Origin: Bradymonadia bacterium
GTDB taxonomy: Bacteria > Myxococcota_A > Bradymonadia > UBA7976 > UBA1532
Assembly: GCA_046290225.1 (NCBI GenBank)
Contig: JBKAGE010000035.1
Coordinates: 448,001 to 512,000 of the forward strand
Direction of reading: 5' to 3'
DNA: 64,000 bases
The notes below the pieces were generated by a model, which made no database searches, was not told the origin of the DNA, and saw only the letters and a program-made list of their open reading frames with translations. Below are positions 29,635 through 39,607 of the stretch, in pieces. Made by a program: the position numbers and the translations under genes. Position 1 is the stretch's first letter; each line of letters opens with the position of its first letter.

Positions 29635-30526
29635 GTCGACATCACCTTTGCAGCTCTATGTCGTCACCGGCCTCTCGGGATCAGGCATCTCCACGGCCAT
29701 CCACGCCCTTGAAGATCTGGGCTTCTTCTGTGTCGACAACCTGCCACCGCCTCTGATCCCCGACGTCATCCGGCTCGCCGCCGAGAATGGTCAGACCAAC
29801 CACCTCGTGCTCGGCATCGACGCCCGGGCGGTGCACGCACCTGAAGAGATTCACAATCTGCTCACCCTGCTCAATCAGACCACTGAAGAGCTCGGCGTCG
29901 ACCAGCACATCTTCTTTCTCGAGGCGTCACCTTCGGCATTGCAGAAGCGGTACAGCGTCTCCCGGCGGCCTCACCCCCTCGGCGCCGATACGCCGCTGAT
30001 CGACGCCATCAACGCCGAGCGGGTGATGATGCACCCGTTCAGAGAGGTGGCCCATCAGGTCCTCGACACCACCGCCCTGAATGTGCACGACTGCAAAAGG
30101 GCCGTGCAGGGCTTTGTCGGTGGGGGGCACGATCGGCTCGCGGTCTCCGTGATCAGCTTCGGCTTTCGCCATGGTGTACCCCATGAAGCCGACATCGTCT
30201 GGGACGTACGATTTTTGCCCAACCCGCATTTCAACCCCGAGCTCAGACCGCTCAGTGGTCGGGACGCAGGGGTGAGAGATTACGTGCTCGCCCAACCGGC
30301 CACGCAGAGGTTCCTTGGTGGGTTTCTGCCCTTGCTCGATGAGTCGCTGCCCTACTACCAGAGCGAGGGCAAGAGCTACCTGACCGTGGCCATCGGATGC
30401 ACCGGCGGGCGTCATCGCTCAGTGGCCCTCGCAGAGCACATCGGCGCTCACTTGAGCGATCACGGCACCCAGGCCCAGGTGCGTCATCGAGACATCGACA
30501 AGGGCGGAGAGAAGGTGCGCTCATGA
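29627..30526 (+). CDS. rapZ: RNase adapter RapZ/YvcJ P-loop protein
   Basis: TGLSGSG.S, FCVDNLP, SFGF, DVRFLPNP, IGCTGGRHRS. Confidence 0.96.
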   Translation: MSESTSPLQLYVVTGLSGSGISTAIHALEDLGFFCVDNLPPPLIPDVIRLAAENGQTNHLVLGIDARAVHAPEEIHNLLTLLNQTTEELGVDQHIFFLEASPSALQKRYSVSRRPHPLGADTPLIDAINAERVMMHPFREVAHQVLDTTALNVHDCKRAVQGFVGGGHDRLAVSVISFGFRHGVPHEADIVWDVRFLPNPHFNPELRPLSGRDAGVRDYVLAQPATQRFLGGFLPLLDESLPYYQSEGKSYLTVAIGCTGGRHRSVALAEHIGAHLSDHGTQAQVRHRDIDKGGEKVRS

Positions 30527-30930
30527 TCGGCGCTGTCATCTGCACCCATCACACCCTCGCCCAGGCCTTGCTCGAGGCCGCGTGCATGATCGTCGGCGAG
30601 TTCCCCGCCGTAGAAGCCGTGTCGGTGCTCCCTGGGGAGAGCATGGACGAGATCCGCGAGCGTCTGCAGTCTGCCATCGGCAACGTCGACCATGGAGATG
30701 GCGTGCTGGTCATGTGCGACATGTTCGGGGGCACCCCGTCGAACCTGAGCTTGTCTTTCCTCAAAGATGACGTCGAAGTGATCACGGGGGTGAATTTGCC
30801 CATGTTGATCAAGTTCTTTACGTGTCGCACCGAGCCTCTTGGTGAGGTGGCGCAGATGATCTGCGATCACACCCGAGAGAACGTGCTGGTGGCCGGCGCG
30901 CTGTTGCGCCGGCGGAGAGGAGGGGCATGA
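30523..30930 (+). CDS. PTS mannose-family EIIA
   Basis: VICTH, DMFGGTPSN, TGVNLPML. Confidence 0.93.
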   Translation: MIGAVICTHHTLAQALLEAACMIVGEFPAVEAVSVLPGESMDEIRERLQSAIGNVDHGDGVLVMCDMFGGTPSNLSLSFLKDDVEVITGVNLPMLIKFFTCRTEPLGEVAQMICDHTRENVLVAGALLRRRRGGA

Positions 30931-31412
30931 ATCCCTTCTATCGAATCGACAATCGACTGGTGCACGGCCAGATCATCGCCACGTGGATGCCCAAGTTGCG
31001 GCTCGAGCGTATCGTGATCATCTCCGACACCGTGCCCGACAACGACATGCAGATGTCGCTCTTCGGCATGTGCGTACCGCCACAGATCACCTTCGACGCC
31101 TTCAAGATCAAAGAGGGTGCTCAGTGGCTGACCACGCGACGGTACGGGCGCAGCAGCACCCTGGTGTTGATGGAGGGTCCTGAGCAGGCTGCGGGTTTGT
31201 TCAAGAACGGGCACCCGTTCCCCACCCTCAACATCGGCAACGTGCATCACACGCCCGGCAGCCGTGAGTTCACCAGTGCGGTGCATCTCAACGACGCCCA
31301 GCTCGAGAAGCTGAGCGCCCTGATGCGTCGGGGAGTGAAGGTGGAGATCCAGAGTCTGCCCACCGACAACCCCATCAACCTCAAACACGCCATGAGCTCT
31401 TCGCATCTGTGA
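30927..31412 (+). CDS. PTS mannose-family EIIB
   Basis: RIDNRLVHGQ, LNIGN. Confidence 0.93.
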   Translation: MNPFYRIDNRLVHGQIIATWMPKLRLERIVIISDTVPDNDMQMSLFGMCVPPQITFDAFKIKEGAQWLTTRRYGRSSTLVLMEGPEQAAGLFKNGHPFPTLNIGNVHHTPGSREFTSAVHLNDAQLEKLSALMRRGVKVEIQSLPTDNPINLKHAMSSSHL

Positions 31413-32158
31413 ACGTCTCTGCCCTGGCCATCGAGCTGGTCCTTATCACCCTCGCCGGGGCTTTTGTCTGCCTCGATCGTCGGGGGGCGTTCCAGCTCAT
31501 GATCTCACAGCCTCTGGTGGTGGTGCCCGTCATGGGCCTCGCCCTCGGAGATGTGGGCCTCGGGCTTTGGATCGGTGCGATTTTGCAGCTGTTGTGGGTT
31601 TCGAACCTGCAGGTGGGCACCAACGTACCCCCGAACGAAACCACTGCGGCGGTGGTCATCGGGGGCATGGCGCTGCTGTATCAGCGCCATTGTGTCGGGG
31701 TTCAGTGCACCCCCGTGGGTACAGATCAGGTGAACATGGCCCTCTCGGCCCTCGCCGTCTTGATCGGCGCACCGGTGTCGATGGTGGCACGATCCCTCGA
31801 CGTGCGCATCGATCGGGCCAACCTGAGCCTGGTGAGCCGCGCCGACGAGGCCGCCAAGGCCGGCGCCCCTCGGGTCATCACCTGGTTGTTGTTCTTGGGG
31901 CTGGCCCGCATCTTCTTGAGCGCCGTGGTGGTCATCGCCCCGGCCCTCATCGCCGGCTTCGCTGCCATCATGGTCATTGATCCGATCCTCTCGGGGCCGC
32001 TCCGCCGCGCCCTCGAGGTGGTGGGGCTCTACGTGATCCCTGCGCTGGGTTTCTCGGTGGCGTTGTCCACGCTGAGGCGCCGGCGGGCCCTCGTGGTGGC
32101 TGCGGCGTCCTTTGTGGTGGCCCTCACCGTGGTGATGCAACAAGGGGAGGGGGTTTGA
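31409..32158 (+). CDS. PTS mannose-family EIIC
   Basis: ISQPLV...GLWIGAILQLLW...GTNVPP; hydrophobic. Confidence 0.9.
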   Translation: MNVSALAIELVLITLAGAFVCLDRRGAFQLMISQPLVVVPVMGLALGDVGLGLWIGAILQLLWVSNLQVGTNVPPNETTAAVVIGGMALLYQRHCVGVQCTPVGTDQVNMALSALAVLIGAPVSMVARSLDVRIDRANLSLVSRADEAAKAGAPRVITWLLFLGLARIFLSAVVVIAPALIAGFAAIMVIDPILSGPLRRALEVVGLYVIPALGFSVALSTLRRRRALVVAAASFVVALTVVMQQGEGV

Positions 32159-32946
32159 TGAGCAAGACCCTCACCCGCACCACCTATCTACGCACGCTGT
32201 GGCGCAGCTTCTTCTTTCAGGCGGCGACGAATTACGAGCGTATGCAGAACCTGGGCTTCGCCTTCTGCATGATGCCGGCTCTGACACGGCTCTATGCTGG
32301 TGATGCCCTCAAGCAGGCCATGGCCCGGCACCTTGAGTTCTTCAACAGCCACCCGTACATGGCCGATGCACTCGTCGGGGCGTCGGTGCGTCTCGAGGTG
32401 GAGATCGCCGAGGGTCGGGCGGTGCCACAGCGGGTGCAGCAGTTCAAGAGCTGCACCATGGGGCCCCTCGCCGCCATCGGAGACGCCTTCTTCTGGGCCA
32501 GCCTCAAGCCCATGGCCGCCGCCATCGCCGTCGCTGGGGTGCTCGCAGGGCTGCAGTGGGCGCCGGTGATCTTCCTGCTCGTCTACAACGTCTTTCACCT
32601 CGGGCTCCGGGTCTATGGGCTATGGGCCGGGTTCCACGAGGGTGAGAACGTCATCCAGAAGATCAACCAGGTGGCCCTCGTGCGGTTCGCAGAATACAGC
32701 CACTACATCGCTGCGCTGTGCTTGGGCATCGGCGCAGCCATGCTCGCCAGTGGTGCGATCGGGGCCGGTGGCGCCTCGCATGTGATCACCGGATTCACCT
32801 TTGGGCCGTTGTTGCTCTCGGTCCTGGTGCTGATCTTCATGTTGTGCATTCGGCGCAAAATCCCCACGCTTGCTCTGCTCTATGGAGGCGCAGGGCTCAC
32901 CGTGGGGGTGATCGTGCTGTTGAACACCGTATTTCCGCTGCTCTGA
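32158..32946 (+). CDS. PTS mannose-family EIID
   Basis: NYERMQNLGF, HLEFFNSHP, MGPLAAIGDAFFW. Confidence 0.93.
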   Translation: MSKTLTRTTYLRTLWRSFFFQAATNYERMQNLGFAFCMMPALTRLYAGDALKQAMARHLEFFNSHPYMADALVGASVRLEVEIAEGRAVPQRVQQFKSCTMGPLAAIGDAFFWASLKPMAAAIAVAGVLAGLQWAPVIFLLVYNVFHLGLRVYGLWAGFHEGENVIQKINQVALVRFAEYSHYIAALCLGIGAAMLASGAIGAGGASHVITGFTFGPLLLSVLVLIFMLCIRRKIPTLALLYGGAGLTVGVIVLLNTVFPLL

Positions 32947-32968
32947 CCAGCTTGAAGGGGAGAACGCC

Positions 32969-33247
32969 GTGAGCCAGGGCATCAGCCGTGATTACGAAAT
33001 CATCAATCAGCTCGGACTCCACGCTCGTGCTGCGGCCAAGCTGGTTGGGGTTTCGTCGAAGTTCGCCTGCGAGGTCTTCATCCAGAAGGGGCAGGCGCAG
33101 GTGAGTGGTAAGTCGATCCTCGGGGTGATGACCCTCGCGGCGTCGAAGGGCACCACGGTGACGGTCACCTGCAATGGGGCCGACCAGGAGGCCGCCCTCG
33201 AGGCCATCGGGGCCCTCATCGCCGATCGCTTCGGGGAGGCCTCGTAG
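32969..33247 (+). CDS. ptsH: Phosphocarrier HPr
   Basis: GLHARAA (His15 context), GKSILG (Ser46 context). Confidence 0.96.
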   Translation: MSQGISRDYEIINQLGLHARAAAKLVGVSSKFACEVFIQKGQAQVSGKSILGVMTLAASKGTTVTVTCNGADQEAALEAIGALIADRFGEAS

Positions 33248-35085
33248 TGTCGGACCAGGGCACGCCAGTGCCGCGGCCACGGCTGACGTACACCCTCAAG
33301 GGCATCGCCGTCTCTCCGGGGTACGCCATCGGCCGCGCACATCGGATCGAGCATCGGCAGACCCACGTGCCGCAGTACCACGTGGAGGCCGAGTCCACCG
33401 CCGCGGAGCTGGTGCGCCTCGAGACCGCCATCGAGTCGTCAGACCAGCAGCTCGTCGACATCAAGCAGAAGCTGGGCACCACCGAGGGTGAAGACATTCA
33501 GATCCTCGACGCCCACCGTCTGATGTTACGTGACGAGATGCTCGTGGGCGAGACGCGGCGGCTGATCCAGGATCAGCACCTCAACTCCGAGTGGGCCCTC
33601 AAGAAGACCATCGAGCACATCAAGAGCATCTTCTCGGATCTCGAAGACGAATATCTGCGCTCGCGACAGGCCGACGTCGACTTCGTGGGTGATCGCATCA
33701 TGCGCAACTTGTCAGGCAGCGCCCATCCACGCCTGGGGCAGGTGCACCCCGACGCCATCATCATCGCCCACGATTTGTCGCCCGCTGACACTGCGTTCTT
33801 GCTCCACGCTCGGGTCCAGGGCTTCGCCATCGACGTGGGTGGGGCCACGAGCCACACCGCCATCATGGCCCGATCATTGAGGCTGCCTGCCGTGGTGGGC
33901 CTCGAGCAGATCACCGAGCACGTGGGCACCGGCGACATGCTGGTTCTCGATGGCTGCTCGGGGCGGTTGATGATCAACCCCACCGACGAAGAGTTGGACC
34001 AGTTCCGTCAGCTCAAGACCGCCTTCGACGCCCAGCGGGCCCGGGTCGACGCCATGGGCACCAAGCCTGCGGTGACCAAAGACGGCCGGAACGTCAAGAT
34101 CGCCGGCAACATCGAGCTGTGGGAAGAGACAGCCCTGGTGCAGAGCAGCGGCGCCGAAGGTGTGGGGCTCTACCGCACCGAGTACCTCTACATGAACCGG
34201 GAGACGCTCCCCGACGAGAACGAGCAGTACGAGCACTACCGCCGAGTCATCGAGCTGTGCCGCCCCCACACGGCGACGATCCGCACCCTCGACCTCGGCG
34301 GCGACAAGTTCATCAACCCGCTGCAGCTTGCCCGGGAGATGAACCCGGTCATGGGCTTGCGGGCGATCAGGCTCTGCCTCAAAGAGCAGGACATCTTCCG
34401 CACCCAGATTCGGGCGCTGCTCAGGGCGAGCGCCCACGGCAGCCTGCGCATCATGGTGCCCCTGGTGAGCGAGCTCGACGAGGTGCGCACGGTGAAGCGC
34501 ATCATCGCCGAGTGTCGACGCGAGGTGGCTGCCAAGAACCAGCGTATGGCCTCCGAGGTGCCCTTCGGCATCATGATCGAGGTGCCCAGCGCCGCGGTCA
34601 TGGCCGATCATCTCGCCCGTGAGGTCGACTTCTTCGCCATCGGCACCAACGATCTCGTGCAGTACACCCTGGCCATCGACCGCTCCAACGAGCACGTGGC
34701 CCACCTGTATCATCCGCTGCATCCGGCGGTGTTCCGGCTGCTCGACTTCGTGATTCAGGCAGGCAAATCCGGCGGCGTGCGGGTGAGCTTGTGTGGCGAG
34801 ATGGCCGGCGATCCGTTCTGCACGCCTGTGCTGTTGGGCCTCGGCCTCGACGAGATGTCGATGAACGCTGCGAGCATCCCCGTGGTGAAGACGGTGATCC
34901 GCATGTTGTCTCTCAAGGACTGCCGGGCTCTCGTGGAGGAGATCAAGCAGATGGAGACCACGGTGGAGATCGAGACCCGTGTCGCCGACTGGCTCGAGGA
35001 GCACCTCGATGATCGGATCCCCAAAGAGATCTTCGACCCGAAGAAGCACATGCTCACCATCACCCCTGCGCCGAAGCTGGGTTGA
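33247..35085 (+). CDS. ptsI: PEP-protein phosphotransferase (Enzyme I)
   Basis: SHTAIMAR, GVGLYRTE, IRTLDLGGDK, IGTNDL, LCGEMAG. Confidence 0.98.
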   Translation: MSDQGTPVPRPRLTYTLKGIAVSPGYAIGRAHRIEHRQTHVPQYHVEAESTAAELVRLETAIESSDQQLVDIKQKLGTTEGEDIQILDAHRLMLRDEMLVGETRRLIQDQHLNSEWALKKTIEHIKSIFSDLEDEYLRSRQADVDFVGDRIMRNLSGSAHPRLGQVHPDAIIIAHDLSPADTAFLLHARVQGFAIDVGGATSHTAIMARSLRLPAVVGLEQITEHVGTGDMLVLDGCSGRLMINPTDEELDQFRQLKTAFDAQRARVDAMGTKPAVTKDGRNVKIAGNIELWEETALVQSSGAEGVGLYRTEYLYMNRETLPDENEQYEHYRRVIELCRPHTATIRTLDLGGDKFINPLQLAREMNPVMGLRAIRLCLKEQDIFRTQIRALLRASAHGSLRIMVPLVSELDEVRTVKRIIAECRREVAAKNQRMASEVPFGIMIEVPSAAVMADHLAREVDFFAIGTNDLVQYTLAIDRSNEHVAHLYHPLHPAVFRLLDFVIQAGKSGGVRVSLCGEMAGDPFCTPVLLGLGLDEMSMNAASIPVVKTVIRMLSLKDCRALVEEIKQMETTVEIETRVADWLEEHLDDRIPKEIFDPKKHMLTITPAPKLG

Positions 35086-35095
35086 GAGATTGCCC

Positions 35096-35650
35096 ATGTT
35101 GATGACGCGCGCGCTGCTCTTGATGTGTGTATGGCTGCTGATGTCTGGCTGTGGCCATGCCCAGACGAAGAGCACTGCGCCTTCATGGCCCGAGCAAGCC
35201 GAGCTGGGCGTCACCCGGGCAGAGACCCTTCAAAACCTGCAGCCGAGCCAGGCAGAGCTCAACGCCGAGCTTCGTCTGGGCAGGCCCTACGAGATCAGCC
35301 TGCGTTGGCCTGAGGCCAAAGGGGTGGTGCGCTATCGCGTCTTCAAGAACAAAGAAGAAGTGGCCACCCTCAAGGTGACAGCAGAAGCACACCCTGGCTC
35401 ATGGTCGAGCACAGTGCAGGGCGCTTTCACGTGGTCCGTCATTGCAGAAGATGGTCAGGGCAAGCGCTCCGCGGCTCTCGTTGCCGAGACAGAGGCCTGG
35501 CCCAGCATCTTGAAGGCACTGAAAGCGGTGGATGAGCCCGGGCCACCTGTAGATACCATCACAGGCTCCGACTCGAACTTCGACGCCCTGGAGAAGGCCT
35601 TCGAGTCGGCGCCAGAGACCCCGTCATCTCAGCCACAGCCCACCCCTTGA
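35096..35650 (+). CDS. Lipoprotein with FN3-like beta domain
   Basis: Lipobox MSGC; domain clearly similar to the one in 36033..36965. Confidence 0.7.
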   Translation: MLMTRALLLMCVWLLMSGCGHAQTKSTAPSWPEQAELGVTRAETLQNLQPSQAELNAELRLGRPYEISLRWPEAKGVVRYRVFKNKEEVATLKVTAEAHPGSWSSTVQGAFTWSVIAEDGQGKRSAALVAETEAWPSILKALKAVDEPGPPVDTITGSDSNFDALEKAFESAPETPSSQPQPTP

Positions 35651-35728
35651 AGCCCTGATGCACATCACCGTGAATCCTCGATCTCCGTCGAGGCATTGAA
35701 TGCCATGTGCGCACGCCCTTCTAGGGGG

Positions 35729-35757
35729 TTGATCACGGGGGTTGGCGTCCTTATACT
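35729..35757 (+). promoter_or_regulatory. Putative sigma70 promoter
   Basis: TTGATC-17bp-TATACT. Confidence 0.6.
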
Positions 35758-35847
35758 TCGCCGCCGGTTTTTCAATGACCGTATATACAACCCCCTTCAG
35801 TGACCTCCCTTTGATTTCACTGCAGGCTTTTTCAAGGAGCAGAGACC

Positions 35848-36024
35848 ATGGGTAACCGTCCTGCAAAGCTCGCCATTCGTACCGACCGTGACGCTGGTAA
35901 GAACCGGGAGTGCCCCTCCTGCGGCAACCCCAAGATGGCCGTGGTGAAGTTCGTGCGCCACAGCAAGCCCAGCGGCTTCTTCTGGCTCTGCGACAAGTGC
36001 GGCTACGAAGAGTCCACCCGCTGA
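35848..36024 (+). CDS. Small basic zinc-ribbon protein (58 aa)
   Basis: Not in ORF track. RBS AAGGAG; MGNRPAKLAIRTDRDAGKNRECPSCGNPKMAVVKFVRHSKPSGFFWLCDKCGYEESTR has two CxxC pairs and GC3-rich codons. Confidence 0.8.
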   Translation: MGNRPAKLAIRTDRDAGKNRECPSCGNPKMAVVKFVRHSKPSGFFWLCDKCGYEESTR

Positions 36025-36032
36025 GTTCTGCC

Positions 36033-36965
36033 ATGCATGCCATGCCTTCATGGCTGCTCATGGCATGCGCATGCCTGTCTATGGCATGCGCGGCGTCGGC
36101 GCAGGGTCCCAGCCGTGATGCTGAGGCAGGGACACCTGTTGCCGTACAGATCCAACCTGATGTCGACGGGCCGCGATGGCCTGAAAAGACCCACCTCTCC
36201 CAGACAACGACCCAACTGCTCCGTGATGGTCGCCCTGTCGGCGAAGAGGCCATGAAGGCCCTTCGACTCGGAGATCCGTACGCAATCGATCTGCGATGGC
36301 CTCGGGCTCAGGGTGAGGTGGCGCTCTATCGCCTCTTCAAGAACACCGACGAGGTGGCCACCTTCAAGGTGAAGGGCGACGCTCACCCAGAGGCGTGGTC
36401 CGGCACGGTGCAGGGCCGCTTCATCTGGACGCTGGTGGCCGAGGACAGCCAAGGCCGACGTTCGTCGGGCATCACCACCGAGAGTGAGCCGATCCGCCCT
36501 CTGGCGCCGTCGGGTGGAGTCATCGCCCTGCGGAGCAAGGCGTCTACAGCCGACATGGCCGAGATCCTCGGTCGGATGAGCAACGAGCAGGTCACCGAGC
36601 CTGGTGCCGGGCTGCGGGCGCCTGCGGGCGCCTTGGGTGTGAAGGGCAAGAGAGGCCCTGAAATCGTCTTTGCACCACCAGAGATCATGGGTGGGGCTGA
36701 TAGTGCCATGGTTCAGCGTGTGACCAGGCCGTTCAAAGGGGCCCTGAAGTACTGTGTTCACAGGGCGAAGCTGCCAGCGGGCAAACATCGAGCAGATCTG
36801 AAGTGGATCGTGGCGCTCAACGGCTACATCATGGCCACCAAGCTGGAATCAGGCCCCAAGGCGTTGAGTCACTGCTTCGACAGGCAGAGCAAACGCATGC
36901 TCAAGTTCCCGCCCCCCAACGAGGTCTTCGTGATTCTTCAGCCGATGGAGATCACGGTCTACTGA
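36033..36965 (+). CDS. Lipoprotein with FN3-like domain and AgmX/PglI (TonB-C-like) C-terminus
   Basis: Signal with SMAC; VQRVTRPFKGALKYC...KWIVALNG...C...LKFPPP. Confidence 0.65.
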   Translation: MHAMPSWLLMACACLSMACAASAQGPSRDAEAGTPVAVQIQPDVDGPRWPEKTHLSQTTTQLLRDGRPVGEEAMKALRLGDPYAIDLRWPRAQGEVALYRLFKNTDEVATFKVKGDAHPEAWSGTVQGRFIWTLVAEDSQGRRSSGITTESEPIRPLAPSGGVIALRSKASTADMAEILGRMSNEQVTEPGAGLRAPAGALGVKGKRGPEIVFAPPEIMGGADSAMVQRVTRPFKGALKYCVHRAKLPAGKHRADLKWIVALNGYIMATKLESGPKALSHCFDRQSKRMLKFPPPNEVFVILQPMEITVY

Positions 36966-36969
36966 GCGA

Positions 36970-38313
36970 TCAGGCCACGGCCTCGGGCACCTCGACGACC
37001 AGGTCGTAGTCGGTGGCTTGGGTGACCACACCCTTCACGAACATGCCGGGCTTCAGATCGATGGGAGCGCTCAGGTAGGTTGTACCGTCGATCTCCGGAG
37101 CTTGCTGGGCCGTGCGGCCCACCCACAGCAGATCCGACTCTTCGCTCGGCCCTTCTACGAGCACCTCCACCTCACGGCCCACCATCTCGGCGTTGATCTC
37201 CCGGGCGATGTCGCGCTGCACGTACATCAGCTCGTCGAGGCGGGCCTCTTTGATCTCGTCGGGCACCTGGTCGGGCAAATCGTGCGACGGCGTGCCCTCT
37301 TCACGGCTGTAGGCGAAGGCTCCGAGACGGTCGAAGCGGGCCTCTTTGATGAAGTCGAGCAGCTGGCGGAAGTCGGCGTCGGTCTCTCCGGGATAGCCCA
37401 CGAGCATGGTGGTGCGGAGCACGAGGCCCGGCACCCGCTCGCGGAGCTCCATCACCCGGCGGCGGATCATGTCGCCGTTGGTGCCCCGGCGCATGCCCTT
37501 GAGCACCGAGTCGCTGATGTGCTGCAGGGGCATGTCGAGGTAGGGCACCACCTTCTTCGAGCGGGCCATGAGATCGACGAGGCCCTTGGGGAAGCTGCGG
37601 GGGTAGGCGTAGTAGAGCCTGATCCAGCGAATGCCGCCCACGGCCTCGAGGGCCTCGAGTAGGGCGGTGAGGTTGGTGCGGGGCTTCAGATCGTAGCCGT
37701 AGGCGGTGAGATCTTGAGCGATGAGGTTGAGCTCTTTGACCCCCGCCGCGGAGAGGCGAATGGCCTCTTGCACGATGGACTCGATGCTGCGGCTGCGCTG
37801 CGGACCCCGCAGGGTGGGGATGATGCAGAAGGCGCACTTGTTGGAGCAGCCCTCGGCCACCTTGAGGTAGGTGGTGTAGCCCGGCATGGAGTTCTGCCGA
37901 GGCGCCTCCCAGTCGAAGTCGAGGCGATCGGGGCTGCCCACGAGGATGCGATCTTCCGCCTGGCGCCCGAGGGCCTCGTTCACCCGGCCGAGATCGTTGG
38001 TGCCCACGAAGTAGTCCACCTCGGGCATCTCTCGGGCGAGATCTTCCGGGTAGCGCTGGGCGAGGCAGCCGGTGACGAGCAGCTGCTCCACCTTGCCTTG
38101 CTGCTTGAGCTCGACCATCTCCAAGATCGCGTCGATGCTCTCGACCTTGGCCGACTCCACGAAGGCGCAGGTGTTGACCACCACCACGTCGGCGTCGTCG
38201 GCGTTCGGTGTCAGGGTGTATGCGTCCCCTGGCAGCTTCGCGAGCATGGTCTCGGCGTCGACGCGGTTCTTCGGGCAGCCCAAAGACAGAATATGAACAC
38301 GCTTGGCGGTCAT
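36970..38313 (-). CDS. rimO: Ribosomal protein S12 methylthiotransferase
   Basis: SLGCPKNRVD, NTCAFV, radical SAM EGCSNKCAFC, APEIDG TRAM domain. Confidence 0.97.
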   Translation of the reverse strand: MTAKRVHILSLGCPKNRVDAETMLAKLPGDAYTLTPNADDADVVVVNTCAFVESAKVESIDAILEMVELKQQGKVEQLLVTGCLAQRYPEDLAREMPEVDYFVGTNDLGRVNEALGRQAEDRILVGSPDRLDFDWEAPRQNSMPGYTTYLKVAEGCSNKCAFCIIPTLRGPQRSRSIESIVQEAIRLSAAGVKELNLIAQDLTAYGYDLKPRTNLTALLEALEAVGGIRWIRLYYAYPRSFPKGLVDLMARSKKVVPYLDMPLQHISDSVLKGMRRGTNGDMIRRRVMELRERVPGLVLRTTMLVGYPGETDADFRQLLDFIKEARFDRLGAFAYSREEGTPSHDLPDQVPDEIKEARLDELMYVQRDIAREINAEMVGREVEVLVEGPSEESDLLWVGRTAQQAPEIDGTTYLSAPIDLKPGMFVKGVVTQATDYDLVVEVPEAVA

Positions 38314-38473
38314 GGCTCACCTCACAGGGGGTGGATTGGCCGGATGAAAAGCGCGGCACCTTATCAGATGCGATGGGCACAAGTCATGGGGCTTGAACTT
38401 CGACGCTGGGCAGGGTCAAGTAATCCCCGGGCAGGGAGTGCCCTGAAAATCACAATGACTGTGGAGGTTGGCG

Positions 38474-38902
38474 ATGAGCGAGAGCAACGAGAATCAAGCG
38501 TTCATGCAAGGGCTGATGACTGCGTTCAACAATCACGACAAGGCACAGCTCGGCAGGTTCTATACCGATGATTGTGTCTTCATCGATCCGCTCAATGGCA
38601 TGGATGGCACCGGTCCCAAAGGCCCGATGTTCGTCTCTGAGATGCTCGACACCTACTACAAGGGCTCTTCTGACCTGAGGCACGAGCTGGTCGACGTCTT
38701 CGTGGCCGGGGATCGCATCGGGGCCCACTTCAAGGGGATGGGCACCCACAATGGCGACATGTTGGGGGTGGCCGCTACGGGCAAGCGCTTCGAGGTGGAC
38801 ATCTACGCCCTGGTGAAGCTGCGTGATGGTCGCATCTGTGAGGTGAAGCAGATGGCCGATGTGCCCGGTATGTGGAAGCAGCTTGGGGCCTCACCGGGTT
38901 GA
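38474..38902 (+). CDS. SnoaL-like ester cyclase / NTF2-fold protein
   Basis: GDRI...GTHNGDMLGVAATGKRF; RBS GGAGG. Confidence 0.85.
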   Translation: MSESNENQAFMQGLMTAFNNHDKAQLGRFYTDDCVFIDPLNGMDGTGPKGPMFVSEMLDTYYKGSSDLRHELVDVFVAGDRIGAHFKGMGTHNGDMLGVAATGKRFEVDIYALVKLRDGRICEVKQMADVPGMWKQLGASPG

Positions 38903-39607
38903 TCAGCGCCCCTCGCCCTCGATGACCTTCACGCCGTTGGGCACCTTGAAGGTAAAGCCCGCGTCGGGCAGCCCCACGTTGGTCTTGAGATCTTGGAACA
39001 CCACCCGGTTGATGTTGCCCACAGGGTCGATCACCGTGCTCTCCCGGACTTGATAGGTCTTCGGGTCTACGGAGAGGGTGAGCGACTTGTAGTGACCCTG
39101 ATCCCGCTTGGGGGTCAGCTTCACGAGGTGGTCCTTGGCCGGATCTTTCGGCGTGAGCAATTCAGCGTTGAACTCGGTGGTCAGATCACCTTCGCCACTC
39201 ATGAAGGTCAGCGCCACGGGCAGCTGGGCCCGGGAGAGATCGCGCTTGAAGACCTGGGCCTCCTCGGGCTCATACACCCACAGCGTGTTGCCGTCGGCCA
39301 TGAAGACCTTGGGGATCGGCTTGCGGTAGTCCCATCGCATGCGCCGGGGCTTCTTGAAGAAGACCGTGCCTGAGGACTTCTGGGTGCGTTTGTGCACTTT
39401 GTAGGTGTAGTGCTGGGTGAAGCCCGCCTTGAGATCCTTCGAGTCTTTGTAGAACGACTGGATGCCCTGGAGCACTGACTCTGCCGTGGGGGTAGAGGGC
39501 GCCGCTGGGGCTTCTGGTGCTGCGGGTGTCTCGGGGCTCTGCCCCTGGGCAGTGAAGGCCAGGAGGCCGATGAGCAGGGGGGTCGCGGTGAGCAGGGTGC
39601 GCTGCAT
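38903..39607 (-). CDS. lolA: Outer membrane lipoprotein carrier
   Basis: AGFTQ...SGTVFFKKPRRMRWDY...ADGNTLWVYEP...FTFKVP. Confidence 0.9.
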   Translation of the reverse strand: MQRTLLTATPLLIGLLAFTAQGQSPETPAAPEAPAAPSTPTAESVLQGIQSFYKDSKDLKAGFTQHYTYKVHKRTQKSSGTVFFKKPRRMRWDYRKPIPKVFMADGNTLWVYEPEEAQVFKRDLSRAQLPVALTFMSGEGDLTTEFNAELLTPKDPAKDHLVKLTPKRDQGHYKSLTLSVDPKTYQVRESTVIDPVGNINRVVFQDLKTNVGLPDAGFTFKVPNGVKVIEGEGR

